From assembly GCA_965649765.1 (NCBI GenBank), contig OZ287752.1, positions 31,062,001 through 31,126,000 of the forward strand: a DNA stretch of 64,000 bases, written 5' to 3'. Of this stretch, positions 1 to 14,160 are shown in pieces. The translations under genes were made by a program, and so were the position numbers. The stretch is from Bispira polyomma (taxonomy: Eukaryota). Below the pieces are notes generated by a model. It searched no databases, was not told where the DNA came from, and was given only the letters and a program-made list of their open reading frames with translations. Positions within the stretch are counted from its first letter, which is position 1, and each line of letters begins with the position of its first letter.

Positions 1-810
1 GAGGTGGCATTTCTCAGGTGGCTTTTTTAGATTCTAGATGCATATTGGGCAATTTTAGATGATACAGAAGAGGACAATTTATATATGCAAATTTAAGAGT
101 AGAGACTGGGATGGAGGTGATTATTTTTTCCACTAGTATTTTTTTCATGAAAGGAAAGAACAATATAATATTATAAATATGTGTCAGTGAAGAGCAAATC
201 TTCAACTGGCTACACACACACACAGGTTTTTCAACACTGTATCCCCGGCTGATAAATATTGCAAACTGCAAACATATAGAATAGTAGCCACATGTATAGT
301 TCAGACATTTTCGGTAATAGATTACAGATAGCTGAAGTCGCTAAAACATACCCCAGACCACTTTTGCCATTTCCTAACAAGTTCCTATTGTGAGGAAGTA
401 AATGAAAAAATAAAATTATAATTTTGGTATGTCCACTGATTGTTAACAGATAAAGGATCAATGAATAACAATTGTCATTGTGGGATAATTTAGGGTCAGG
501 CTAATCCCAAACATACAAGTTACATGGAGCATATCACAGTATAACTTATAGCAGTAGAACTTCAATCATTATCGGGATATAATATTAAGTGAGCAAACTT
601 TATAATTAGCCGACTGTGTTCTTTTTCTTGTGCCTACTTTCTGCTGTATGAATTCTATCATATCCCATGTTTCCCCTGACCTGTTTTGCTAATACAGATT
701 GTACTGTATATTCCAAATTAAAAGTATAATGTCACAGAACAAAACAGATAATGTGTACTACTAGTATCTAAAAATCATTCAGATCTTCTGATGAAGGAGG
801 ACTATATCAT

Positions 811-1572
811 TTAAAATGTGGTGCAACCTTACCGATCGAATGGGATGCTGACATCGATCTTACTTGAACCTATATAGGATCGAACTTACTGGTGATAGGA
901 TCTGATGTATCGCCAATAGGATCGAAAGTATTGCCAATTGGATTTGACGGATTCATATCCCCGACCATAAGGATCGAACGTATAAAATGTCGGGACTGTT
1001 ATGGTAAAATATAGATGACAAAATAAGGTTATTGGAACTAAAATAAAAGAAATAATACCTGTTTAGGGTTCATTTTTGATGAAAGTAAGTTGTAAATAAC
1101 AGCAAATAATTTCATCGTTCATATACATAAACTGCACTGGAAGTGGGTTTGGTGTTGCAAAGGTAAACAACTTTTAAACTTATTTCCATTATCGATAATG
1201 ACAAAATAGGCTTATATATGTGTTTTCATACATATTTTCTTCCCGACCTCCTAGCCACCCCCTTTTCGCCCCCGATCTATACGTTTAGACGGAACAGCGT
1301 TAGGACAGGCCTGGAGTGATATTAAGACCTGTCCGACAGAACGTATCGCCAATAGGATCGAACTTATTCGCCGAAGCCGACCTTCCCGATTTTAGAGATT
1401 GGGGACACAAGTCGGGACACTTTTACAAAATATCAAACATGTTTGATATTCTTCCCGACCTTCCCAACCACCCCATTTTCAGCCCTCGACCTATGCGTTT
1501 CAACGCTTTTCCTGTTATCGATCACAAAGTCGGGAAGGTCGGGGACCAAATCCTGATAGTGGAACCCCCACT
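811..1572. mobile_element. Non-autonomous DNA transposon (PIF/Harbinger-like MITE), truncated copy
   Basis: Inverted homolog of 56929-57655; right end GTGGAACCCCCACT|TAA matches that element's TIR; internal ATAGGATCGAA subrepeats; about 100 bp of the other terminus missing. Confidence 0.65.
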
Positions 1573-2007
1573 TAATAAAGATACATTTCTAAAAAATCCC
1601 AAAACTGCACAAAGGGATCAGCGCAATTTTTTTTAGCTTATCAACCTAAAATAACAGAAAGTTAATTCCATGATTTAATACAAGTAAGAAACGTTTGCAT
1701 CCTGGGAAAGTACATCAGGATATCTCATTCACCCAAAATAACAGTAATCTGATTGTTTGGTTTAATATGAGGGGGGAAATATTGCATTCTATAAAAAGTA
1801 TGTGGGGATATATATAAATCTGGAGGAGTGACAGATCTACTGGTTGATAAATTGCAGGGATGTGAGTTTTTTTGACAAAAAGGATAGTGTTGTATATGTT
1901 TTGTTCTTTTTTATTAAAAAAAGCTTGGCTAAAATCCCGATCACATTTTAGAATTTTGCAATACCCTTGCAGTCTAACAATGAAGATATTAATTTCTATT
2001 AGAAGTT

Positions 2008-2525
2008 GTGTCTCCATTGCTGTGGCTTACAATTGCATTAACATGGTACAGATCTATATGACCTGGTGGTAAGGCTATTAGTCTGGTCACCAAAAGATCC
2101 CTGGTTTGATATATACAACCTGTGTCTCAATTACTCTAGCTGTACATTAAGATGGTATAGATCTGTCTCACCCAGTGGTCAGGCTGGTAGTCCGGTTATC
2201 TAAAAGGTCCCTGGTTTGATATATGTAACCTGTGTTATAAATATGTAGATGTATACTGAGACTGTACATATCTGTGTGACCTAGTGGTAAGCTGTTAGTC
2301 CTATTATCAAAAGGCTCCTGGTTTGATTTATAGAAGCGGTGTCTTAATTACTCTAGCTGTACTTTAAGGTGGGTACATATCTGTGAAACCTAGTGGTTAG
2401 GCTGTTAGACCTGTCATCAAAAAGTCCTTGGCTTGATTTCTAGGAGCATTGTCCCAATTACCATACCTGTTAACTGAGATCGTACAGATTTGTGTGACAT
2501 AGTGGTTAGGCTGTTAGTCTGGTCT
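2008..2525. repeat. Tandem repeat, ~110-bp unit, ~4.5 diverged copies
   Basis: Recurring GACCTAGTGGT(A/T)AGGCTGTTAGTC...CCTGGTTTGAT blocks about 110 bp apart. Confidence 0.85.
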
Positions 2526-2899
2526 GTCCAGATACAACCTAAGAACTGTGTTTCTTTCTATCAACTTTAAGTCTCTACTTAAAACACGTCTCTACTTAAA
2601 ACACGTCTTTTTAAAACAGCTTATGAAATGTATTAAAATGTCAAAATAACCAAGTTTATCTTTTTCTTGGTGAAACCCCTAGCTGTAAGCAGGGCCATTC
2701 AATTTTAATGAAATACTGTTTTATTAAAGAGAACATAAGAATATATGTCTCAAATTCCAGTTGCATTACCAATTATCCCATTATATATATATATGTTTAT
2801 TAAATGTTTATTAAATGTACGCAATATTTCAGAACTCACAAGACAACCAGGTCAGTGGTAAAAAGGGTTTTTACAGTGTTCTACAGTATTCCTCATTTG

Positions 2900-4574
2900 A
2901 TTGCATACTAGAGTTTGACATATTTGAGGCTTGAGGAAGGCTTGATCTTTTATGTTTCAGTGGAACTTCTTGTAAAGGGGACAGTACCTCAGTGTTGGAA
3001 AATGGCTAATGTCACATCTGTATTCAAAGAAAAGGGTAGTAAACAGGAAACAAAAATTATTGCCCTGTCTCATTGCTATCAAATGAAATAATCAAAATTA
3101 ATAGAACGTATGGTGTTTAAACATATGTATACATACTGTTTTGAAAACAAAATTTTAACATGGAGAAATTGGGGTCATAAACCGAATGACTGCACAGTCA
3201 ACAATGAGCTATTACTTATAAAATCAATCAGGCCTTAGAAAAGGGTGAAGATTACTCTTTTATATCATTAGATGCAACTGCTGCATTTAACAGCATGGCA
3301 TGCAGGGGTGATTTATAAACTGCAAAAAATTGGTATTACTGGGCCCCTTTTAAAATGGTTTAAGACAGAGTGGTCATTGGGGGCAAAATCCTGACTATGT
3401 CAGTATAACAACTGTAGTTCCACAAGGCTCCATACTGGGTCTATTGCTATTTCTAATATACTTATAAGATATGGTAGATGACATAAAAACTGAGATCTTT
3501 TCTTATGCAGATGACACCTCCCCATGTAAAGCTATATCAGACAGTCAGTGTTGTTTCGAAAAGTTAAATCAGGATTTAAAAATAATAGAAAATTGGAGTA
3601 AGCCTTGGCTTGTATGGTGCAGAACTGTTTGATAACTGTACTGAAGAACAAAGTAAATTGTTGGGAAAGATTCATATACTGGTGCATATAAAAAACAAGT
3701 CATAATTCTCGGTTGTCTGAGTGTGGTTTTCAACCACTAAAACAAAGATGTACAATAAAAAAGCTTCATCTTATGTATAAGTTACAAAATGGTCTTGTGC
3801 CAGAATATCTCAGACAAATGTCCCCCTTTTGTGTCTGTTACATCGAATTATGAACTAAGATATGGTAAGAAAATAAAGCCAATGAAAACTAAAAAGAACT
3901 ACTTTCACACATACTTTTTCTATCCATTATAAGAGAATGGAACCTCCTAAATCCAAGTGTACAAGCTGCATTGTCAATAGAAACATTTAAGTCAAAATTA
4001 AAAGCAAAACACAAATTTTCCAAAGTGTATCTATGGCACTACAGTAAAGCTGCTGTCCATCATAGTAGGATCAGAATGGGTTTTACGGACTTTAAACTAA
4101 CACAGAAAATTGTTTAATTTCATTGAATCTGGGGTATGCCCTTATTGTGGCACAATGAAGGAGGATGCCAAACATTTCTTTTTGACATGACCATTTTTGC
4201 TGCCCTGAGGTTGGAAATGCTACAGAAAGTAAACATAGAAACACCTTAAATGAAAGTTAACTTTAATAAAAATAAACTATTTCAAATAATTATAAATGGC
4301 ACCGGTAGTTTTGATGTATATAGAAAAATAATTTGAAATTGTGCATTTATATATAGGAAATTTTAAAAGATTCAGTTAATTGTAAATTGTATATCTGTAT
4401 CGTTCATAAATGTATGATGTAATGTAATAACGATGTTATGTGTAGCCTATATTTATTATTTTTATAATGCAGTTTGTAATTGATATGTTACTTTTGGACA
4501 AGAGCCTCTAGTGGCCTCAGGGCTGTGGGCAATAGTTAGGAAATAAATAATGTTTAAATAAAAAAAAAATAAAA
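2900..4574 (+). mobile_element. Degenerate CR1-group LINE 3' fragment (RT and C-terminus) with A-rich tail
   Basis: Frameshifted motifs WKMANVTSVFK, NYCPVSLLS, VPQGSILG, YADDT, CPYCG..EDAKHFFL; AATAAA and A-run at ~4540-4574. Confidence 0.8.
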
Positions 4575-5749
4575 CATGAAACATAGTATGCAGGGAATTC
4601 TCTGGGATGTATGTATGCATTTAATTATAGTACCCCCCCCCCCCCCCCCCATCCCCAGCTGTGTTGTGCAAGATTACCTTATTAATGATCCCACTTAAAA
4701 CTAATGATGGCTGGTGGGTGAGTGTGTGTGTTTCTTAATAAAAGGTGTGTGTGTTTTTCTTAATAAAAAGTCCCCCATGATTTATTGTGTTGCAATGACG
4801 TTTGTAAAATACTTCAAAGTGAAATGTTTATTTTTCATTAAAAACAGAAAAATTGTAGGCGTTGCCTTTTATTAGGACTAATGTGGTATTAATTACTTAT
4901 ACATAGGCAAATTTTGAGTGCAAATATCAGCAAAAATGTAATTCTTGCTAATTGGTAGTCAATTCTTCTTGATTATTCATCATTCTTCCCTATTTTTCAT
5001 CCCTCACGGTGGAGCTCAAGGATTTCAAACTGTTCTCTTTTTATTTGTTATATTTTTTTTAACCATCATAATTTCACTATGGTTGACTTTAGAAGTTTCT
5101 AATTTAGTGGTAGCTTCGTCTTATACAAATCCAACTATGTGTCGCCATTCCTCGTCTATGTTCTCCATTTTGCAGGATAGTCACCAACAATAAAAAAAAA
5201 CATATTAGCCCTTGCCACAGGGAATGATGAATAACCAAAATTCTCAAAAACCCCCTCTCCACAATGGGACGTAGGCATTAGTGAATACTTCCCTAGTCTG
5301 AGACTGTTTTTAGTCTCATATTTTGAGATAGGTTGATATCTGAGGCTGGTGTGAGTAGGAAGGGAAGTGTAAGTGGTGGTCTTAATAGGGATGGACAAGG
5401 CTGCATGTAAACTATGTGATACTCAGTACACAAAATGTTGTTGTCTGGACATATATTTACAATGGTGTAATTCATTTTTAATTCAAGTTTAAAAGGACGC
5501 TTTTTTCAGTAAAGGAAGAACAATTAATCACTTTTAAATAGGGGTTTGGGTGCATGCCCCCCAGTTATAAATACAAAAAAAACCCTAAATGACTATTTTG
5601 GGAGGGGTGTTATGTAAAGAGCCTTATGTGAGGTGCCTTATTAGTTTCTGATAATCCTATATATATCTAAACTATATCCTTTCTAGTGATAACCCTTATC
5701 CTCACACACAGACCAGTGACTGGTCACAGACATGAAAATAATCCTTAAA

Positions 5750-7155
5750 GGTAGAAACACACTAGGCCAGATCGGGATCCATATAATTATCCAAAAACGG
5801 ATATTATCTGTTTACTATTCACATTGGACAAAAAATCTGGCCGAATCATGTGAAATAGCTACTTTTCAAGTTTTCCGGATCTGTCAAAAATTAGAACACA
5901 AATCTGTGTAAATTTTATCCGGGCTGGATCCGTTTTCTGTGTGAATGCTTGCACTGTTTTATTTGTTTCAAAATGATTTAGATCCGCAATCCGGATCCCA
6001 CCTGTGTGTCTAGACCCTAGGGGCGAACAAACTGGGCTTGCCTCCATGTTAGAAATAATATATTATAGCCTGTTCAGATTAAACCGGATTGATCCAGATT
6101 TGGAAGTGAACAAGATTCAACTGAATTTAAGAGACTCAACTGAATCTGGGTACAGTGTCCCGACTGTGTAATTTAATATGGGTTAAAAAAACCTGCGAAT
6201 TGGTATAGGGATGATGTAAGCCTTCCATACAGTAAAGTCAATTATTATTATTGTGGTTTAAGATACACCATTATGTGTCATATTTTAAAGACACTGCAAA
6301 TTTAGAGGGGATCTTAATGATTCGTAGCAAAGTGATAATCAATGTTGTATTACAGGTTGAAAGCTTCATTTGAATTCTTAAATATTAGAACAGAAAATGT
6401 TTGTAATGCATGTTAAAAAAACGTCAAACCTTTAATTCTGCATTACAGACAAATTGCAATCAAGCTTCAGAAGCTTCTATTTGTTAATTAAACATCAGAG
6501 TTACACTGTAGCTTGTGATATGTAGTCAGTTTCCGCAAATACTCCTGTGCAAACTCTAGGAGATGCCAGTCGCATATATTTGCCTTGTCCAGTTTAGAAG
6601 GAGTTAATATCGTATAGGATGCACGCAAGATCGCAAAAAGCAGAATTTAGCATCTTTGAGGTAATCAAGCATCACACAAATTTTTGTAAAGATTGCTAAC
6701 AACAAATAGTAAAGGTCCATTCAAACAGGCTGGTTTTAGATCCGGATCGCGGATCCGTATAATTTGGACACAAATAAAACAGCATGAGCATTCACACAAA
6801 GGATGATTTGGATTCTTACCAAGTACTTGTAAAGTAGCACAAAATATATGATTTAGTATCTTTTCTTACTTTATTTAGTTGTAACAATTCAGTTGTTTTT
6901 TTTCAATAATAATGACACTTATATTTTATCACTGATGAAACACATTAATGTAACTTACATCAGATTATATTCCCCATTACTAACATGAACATATTGCAGT
7001 TCTAAAACACAAAGTGAAAAATATAATGAAATCCCCATTTTTTTCCAACATTCTGTGACAAATTTGGGCGAATTTGTTTTGTTCAGTGTGAAGTGAAACC
7101 AATAATATCCGTGTTTGGATAAGTATGCTGATCCGGATCCATTACAGTGTGAATT
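5750..7155. repeat. Cluster of small CCGGATC-rich MITE-like fragments, including an inverted pair
   Basis: 5930-6020 is the reverse-complement homolog of 6714-6815 (TGTGTGAATGCT..CTGTTTTATTT); repeated GATCCGGATC motifs. Confidence 0.5.
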
Positions 7156-7799
7156 TATCTTAAGCTGGAAACTGTGCAATTGTTGTTATCTGAGATGGAG
7201 CTGGGTAGTAGTTTCAATGCAGTGGAACTGCTGTACTAAGGAAGGATGGAGAGGGGAAGTACAGCACTCTCTGAGGGCTAGCCAGGGAGCAAGGCGTCCT
7301 GCTGGGGAAACTTACTAACAAATAAAACCTCCTTAATTTTGGCTTGAGGTATCCATGCTTCCATAATATTAGTATCCACCAGTATTCTGTGTAGGACAGG
7401 TGTATCGGTTTGTTCGCAGATAGATGTTAAGTTAAGTTCATTGTACTGTATCCACCAGATACATAGTGAAAATATAAAAAAATTACAGATTTAGCAATTA
7501 TAGCAGCCGTCATCTCAGAAATGGTGTAAGAGTATATGGCAACTTTCCACAAAATTTCAGTTTTCGGCATCATTTTTGACTTGTTTAGAGATTCATTTTG
7601 ATCAATAACCAATGTACCATCCCCTAACAATATTTTGTATCATCTTAGTCAGCTTCTCTCCTTCACTTAGTCCTTTATTTTTAGGTTTCTTTGTTTTTCA
7701 TAAAAATGCAAATTTGTTAGTTTCACCTCTTTTTTAAAACACAATGTCTTAAGAAAAATGTCACTATCAACTGTGAATTTGATATGACCATAATAGTTC

Positions 7800-9190
7800 A
7801 ACAGGTTTCTAGCAAAATCTAACTCATACACAGGAGTTGCATATTTAACTATTTCATATTCTATTACTCTGTTAATTACATAAAGATATTCTTTGTGATA
7901 CTAGTCAGGAGTCAACACTCTCTCCAGGCAGCTTTGAATGTACTTGAAGTTTTTGGTAGCTTCTCTGGGCTAAAAATTAATACTGACAATATCCAAGTTG
8001 TGTGGATTGAAAAAAAGGGAATGTAGAGATAAACTTGTGGTGGACAAGAACTTGTTTGGGGCACAACAAATTTTAAAATGCTGGGAATCCATTTCTCTGT
8101 AAAATGAGACAAATACCACAATTAAACTATACTTCCCTCATTGATCAAGTAGAAAAACTCCTTAGTCCATGGAGAAAAAGATTCTTAACACCTATTGGCA
8201 GGATAGCAGTGATAAAATCAATAGTTTTATCCAAATTTAATTACTTGTTTACATCAATTCAAAGTCCCGATCAAAAATCACTTTTACGAGTAAAAAGCAA
8301 GATAAGCAGAAATAAAGTGATTAATTAGTATAAATGCAAAGGGCTTAATATGGTAGACCTGGATTGTTTTATCTAGAGTTTAAAGATATCTTGAATAAAA
8401 AAAGTTTGGACACGCCTTGGAAAATAATCATTCAGAATTATACAATTGACCCAATCAAACAAATTACTGTAACAGTAGGTCATTTGTGGCCCAATCTCAA
8501 TCATCTAAAAAAAAAAAAAACAAATTGGAAAGAGGCACTATTGTCTTGGTCAAATCTTTTACAAAAAACTTGTTCTAAGCAACAAGAAATTATGAAAACC
8601 CCTCTTTGGTACAACAGTAGAATTTCAGGTAACCCTATTATTTTTCAAAACATGGTACCAAAGAGGAATATATATTAGATATACACAATAGTGAGGAAAA
8701 CCTAATGTCTAAATCTGAAATAAGCAGATATTTCCAAATACGAGTGAGTTTCCTTGACTATACGAGGGTAATAAAGTGTCTAAATGCCTCTTCTAAAAAT
8801 AACACTCCCGAGATGGACTGTGAGAGATTGATACTACTGGTAGTAATTGCACTACTGAACAAAGTTAAAAAAGGTATTCGACCCTTCTATGATGAACTCA
8901 AAAGCATATATGATATAGACAATGAATTGAAGCACAAATGGGAGCTTATGTTAGAAGTCAGATATAGTACAAATGCATGGCAAAATATTTATTGAATATG
9001 TTTCAAAAGTATTTTTAACAATGACATAATTTGGCTGCAATATCGTATTATCAATCAAATCCTGGAGCAAAAAACTCCTTTATGAAATGTGAAAGGTGGA
9101 CAATTATTTATGCAGGTTCTGCGACAGATATGAAGAATCTATCAGTCATTTCTTTGTTGAATGTGACACAATTTTAAAATTCCTAAGGTT
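7800..9190 (+). mobile_element. Degenerate L1/Tx1-type ORF2 3' fragment
   Basis: Broken ORFs with WRKRFLTPIGRIAVIKSIVLSKFNYL, PLWYN, WLQYRIINQIL and CRFC..ESISHFFVEC. Confidence 0.8.
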
Positions 9191-9648
9191 TGAAGTCTTG
9201 GAATACAGGCACTAGATTAGATTTGTATGTAACTTGAACTTGTATTAAATCCGGAATGATCCTTTAAAGGTGACTTGTTTTTCAAACACAATACGTACAA
9301 TACAAAACATAAGCATGACATACTGCAACTTTAAATAAATAACTAAAGGAAAATAAAAAAAAAAATTAAAATAAACATGAATAAGAAGACTACACCATAC
9401 ATACAAGTTTAACTATCAAAAACACTAGAAATCACTATTTTTTTGTTTTGTTTTTAATTTTTTTTTATTTATACATTAATACATTATAATATAATTCACA
9501 ATGACAATACAAACAAGAATAGTTACACAGAGACGTATACAGTGGTATTATTACTATTATTATACATAGTGACAAAAGTATTAAAATTTACAAATCAGTT
9601 AATTCATTATTTACTAAACTTTGAAAAACTCCTACCATATCTTTGATT

Positions 9649-12600
9649 CTATACATTTCTTAGGATAGTTTTCAGGCCGTCTTTGATTTCAATGTTAACT
9701 CTTTTAAAATTATCAGAGTAGTCGGGGAGTTTTAAATATAATTCAATCTTTGACTTTACCAAATGCAAATATTCACCAAACATCAAGGGCTTTCCATTTG
9801 ACTTTGAAAAATTTATATACCATTTACTTAACAAAATTAACAAGTTTTGAATCATATTAGTGAATTTTTGTTCCTTAGATCCAGAGCCAAATAATATCTC
9901 ACAAATAGTATATTCTGTATTATTAATATTAAATGCTACATTTACCCACTGTTTCAGTTGCCCCCAAAATTTTCTGCTAGTAGCACAAAAGAAAAAATGA
10001 TGATCAATTGTATCTATTGAGTCACAATAATTACATTTTGGTGAAATCTTAATTTTCCATTTATGCAGATTTAAATTGCAGTTGATCACTCGGTTTATAA
10101 TTTTATATTGGAAGGATTGAAGGTACGGTTCTTTTACCATGAAGTGGACCAAGTTAAATATTTTCTGCCAAGGAGCAACCTCAAGAAACGAATAGGCTTC
10201 AATCCATTTTTCTATAGAAGATGGCTGTTGTAACTTATCATTTATGGCTACCCAGTATAATACCTTATTATTTAATTTTGAGAAATCTGATAATTTACCC
10301 TTTACTAGAATTCTTGGCATTGCGCTTCTTGTCGTATGTGACATTAACATGGGTTTTAAAACATCTTTCCAAGCCTGTGGTATGGAACTAAAAATGATAT
10401 TGTAAGTTAAAAAATCTATATTTAATCTAAACTTCGTGGCAAACTGTTCAAAAGATAGAAAACTGCCATTACTTGATATATATCACTTATTACTAAATCC
10501 TGGGTGTCGGCTTCCTGTAATTTAAAATCTTGTGACTGTAAAGGTTTATTTCCAGAACATATAAATTTATTATCAAAGATAAATTCATTCATGATTTCAT
10601 CGCCTGATTTTGGAGCTACACCATGAAATTGCTCCCAACATTCAAACATCTGCCTGTGAAAAAGTGTTTGGCATTTAAACCTCTGCGTTGGTGGCAATTT
10701 TTTCTTTATTTTACTTTTTTCTATATTTAATAGATACCAGGTTAAAAGTTGCCACTTTCCATGATTTTGAACAAGCAAGTTTTTTATCCATTTTATTTTG
10801 GACACTATATTAATAGCAAATATATCAGGCATTTTAAGACCACCCATGGCATAAGGGGCAGTTATTGTACTCCTTTTAATTTTTGCAGGTTTATTTTCCC
10901 AAAGAAATTCAAATAAAATTCTGTCTATTCTTTTCAATATGTTTGTTGGACAAAAACATACTGACAGTAAGTAGCTTATCTTAGGTAGAACTAGTGATTT
11001 TAATATTAAGATCTTGCCTTTCAAAGACAATTTCCTGCCTTTCCACATACTTATTGTAGTCCCCATTGCTTTTAGCCTATCTTCAAAATTCAGTGCAATT
11101 GATTCATTTAAGTTATATGAAAACCATATGCCTAAAGTTTTAAAGTTTGCTTGATTGATCATAATTTTGTGTATTGACCTAGGTAATGTTACCTTTTGAA
11201 ACCTCGATGTACCAATTGGAATTACTTTGCTTTTTTCAATGTTAACTTTTAATCCTGAACAGTTGTGAAATCCCTTGAGATACGAGATTAAATGAACAAC
11301 AGAGTCAATATTACTTGTGAATACAGTTGTATCATCTGCTAATTGACAGATCTTATATTCCTTCTTTTCTATATTTATTCCTTTTATCAATTTATTATTT
11401 CTTATTGCAATGGCCATTATTTCTACAACTAGTAAAAACAAAAGGGCAGATATTGGACACCCTTGTCTTATTCCTCTACATAACTGGAAATATTCAGAAA
11501 AGTATCCATTATTACTTACACAAGATGCTATACTTCTATATAGTATTTCGATCCACTTTTGGAAATTCGGTCCAAAATTGAAAGCTTTTAATGTTTTAAA
11601 AAGAAAAGACCATTCCACACTATCAAAAGCTTTTTCAAAATCTAATAATACGATATAGCCAGGCAAATTTCTCAAATCTGTGTATGACATAATGTCTTCT
11701 ATCAATCTAATATTTTCCCCTATATATCTATTTTTTAAGTAACCTACTTGATCAAAATCAATTAATTTTGGTAGTACCAATTGTAGCCTATTTGCCAATG
11801 CCTTAGTTAAAATTTTGTAGTCAGTATTGAGAATGCTTACTGGTCTCCAATTTTTTAAAAATCTTAAATCTTTGTTCGGTTTTGGAATAAGGTTAAGGAT
11901 ACCTCGCCGCTGATCATCTGTCAACAGTCCATTTTGAAAAGAGTACTTAAAGCTGTCAAACAATAAGTTTTGGATATCTGGCCAAAAAAATTTATAAAAA
12001 TTTGTTGTAAAGCCATCGTTTCCTGGTGTTTTATCATTTTTTAAATGTTTCAGTGCTGCTGCAATTTCTGGTAATTTTAGGGGACTATCACACATTTGTT
12101 TTTCAATATCATTTAAGTGATATCATATGTTGTTGCTCTTTTATGAAATCTTCAATTCTTTCATCCTCCTCAGTGACCTTAGAAGAGTATAGGTTATAGT
12201 AGTACTTTCTTTCTTCTTCTAAAATGTCTTTAGGATTTGTTATTTCAGCTGTGTCAGTGCATATTAATTTCTTGATATATTTGGAATTATAGTTTCTTTT
12301 CTCTAAGTTAAGGAAATACCCAGTATTCTTTTCTCCCATTTCAACCCATTGCACCTTTGACCTGAGGATTGCCCCTTCGGCCTTTTCATTTTGTAATTCT
12401 TCCCACTGAGTTTTTACCTCATTATATTCATGTATATTTTCAATGTTTTTTGCTATTTCCTTTTCTAAATTTTCTAGTTTTTGCTGTAAACACTTTTCCT
12501 TTTCTATTTTTTTCATTGCTTTTGATTTTGAATATGTTATAGTTATTGTTCTTATTTGGCACTTAACAAAATCCCATAATACATTTTTATTTTGTAAGTA

Positions 12601-13463
12601 GTTATCTAGGGTTATTTTGTGTAGTTCTTCTTTTACTAGACCAACATAAGTTTCATCATGTAGTAATTTGTTATTAAATTTCCAATAACCTCTTCCTCTG
12701 CGCTGAATATTAATAAGCTGCACCGTTAACTTAATTACACTATGATCTGATTTAAACCCTGGTTTAATAGAACAGTTTGATACCTGGGCTCCAACATTAT
12801 TTGAAATTAAGAAGTAGTCTAACCTTGACTGAATCAAACCTGCCCTTGAGTTTTCTCTTCTTGTAAATTTTAACTCTGTTGGATGTCTCAATCTCCATAT
12901 ATCACCTAAATTATACTCTTCCATAATACTTATGATTCCTGATGCATATTTTGTCAAACTTTCATTACTTCCTCCCTTCTTGTCAAGTTTAGGATTCAGG
13001 TAGGTATTGAAATCTCCACCAATAATTACACTCTTATCAGCAAATTGTTCCAATATATTTTTAAAGCTTTCCAAAAATTCTAACTGTAAATCCACCTTAT
13101 CTTTTGTAGGTGCGTATAAATTTACTAGTAGAAATGGGTTTTGATCTATTTCACAATCTAGAATAATCATCCTACCTTCATCATCATTTTGCGCATTCAA
13201 AATTGTTAATTTGATATCATTTGGTATTAAAATTGCTACCCCCCTACTTTGATTGCTACCATGTGAGAAATGTATGTCTCCTTTCCATTCGTCTTGCCAC
13301 TTTTTTCATCGAGTATAACAGAATGAGTCTCCTGTAACATTATCAGGCCTCGATTTTTGGACAGTAACCACTTAAAAACTGCGTTTCTTTTCTTAACATC
13401 CCTTAACCCTCTGCAATTAAAAGAGTTGACCGCTATCTCATCTTTATCTGAATACATCTTCAT
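9649..13463 (-). pseudogene. LINE ORF2: apurinic endonuclease, reverse transcriptase and CCHC zinc finger, at least 3 frameshifts
   Basis: NCRGL, LQETH, GGDFN, SRLDYF, SDH (APE); KTPGNDG, NWRPVSILNTDYKI, LDFEKAFDSV, RQGCPIS, QLADDT (RT); CNYC..DTIDHHFFFC. Split across ORFs 13236-13463, 12109-13200, 10422-12095, 9649-10350. Confidence 0.93.
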
Positions 13464-14160
13464 TAAAGGATATCCATTTTATTTTCAAAATCATTTGATA
13501 CAGTAAGAGTTTTAAAACATGCTAGATACACTGATTTTTTGGCAATATATTGATCTCTATTTAGAGTCATACCACGAACATAGAAGGACACGACACACAA
13601 AATACACATAACACACCTCAAATAACAGATACAAAGAACATAATACATGTAATAGAACATGTGACAACCAAATATCACTAAAAGTTACAGGTGTTTAGGC
13701 CTTTCTCTCACAAAAATAATTCTAGATAGAAAGCTAAACACATATAATAGTTTTCCAATTTTATATTTAATTAACCTTTCATTACATGAATAAACTCATG
13801 CAGTTTCATTACCATAAATCTACCGTGTACTTTCATGATACATTTCAACATGTAAATACTTTTTATCATGAGTACAAAGTTAAAAAACAATGAAGTATTA
13901 GTTAAACAGTAACATATTATGAGCACGTCAAGGGCCAGAAGTTTTAATTGTTTAAATATACTAGTACTTTGTTATCTGCCACCACTATTTTGTAATTATG
14001 GACATTTCTGTCAATGATACTTTATATAGTATGTACTATGTACATGTATATGCATAATCTACCAATTATAATTCTTTAAGTATACACACATATTATTAAG
14101 TTATTTCTCACAATAAATTTTCACTTGTAAATCTATTTTATATGTCTTTATTATAAACAG

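Noticed and set aside
786-815. CTGATGA as another hammerhead core
   Set aside because: No downstream stem II-GAAA or stem III pairing found.
2008-2525. Repeat array as CRISPR or structured RNA cluster
   Set aside because: Whole units are homologous, consistent with an ordinary tandem repeat.
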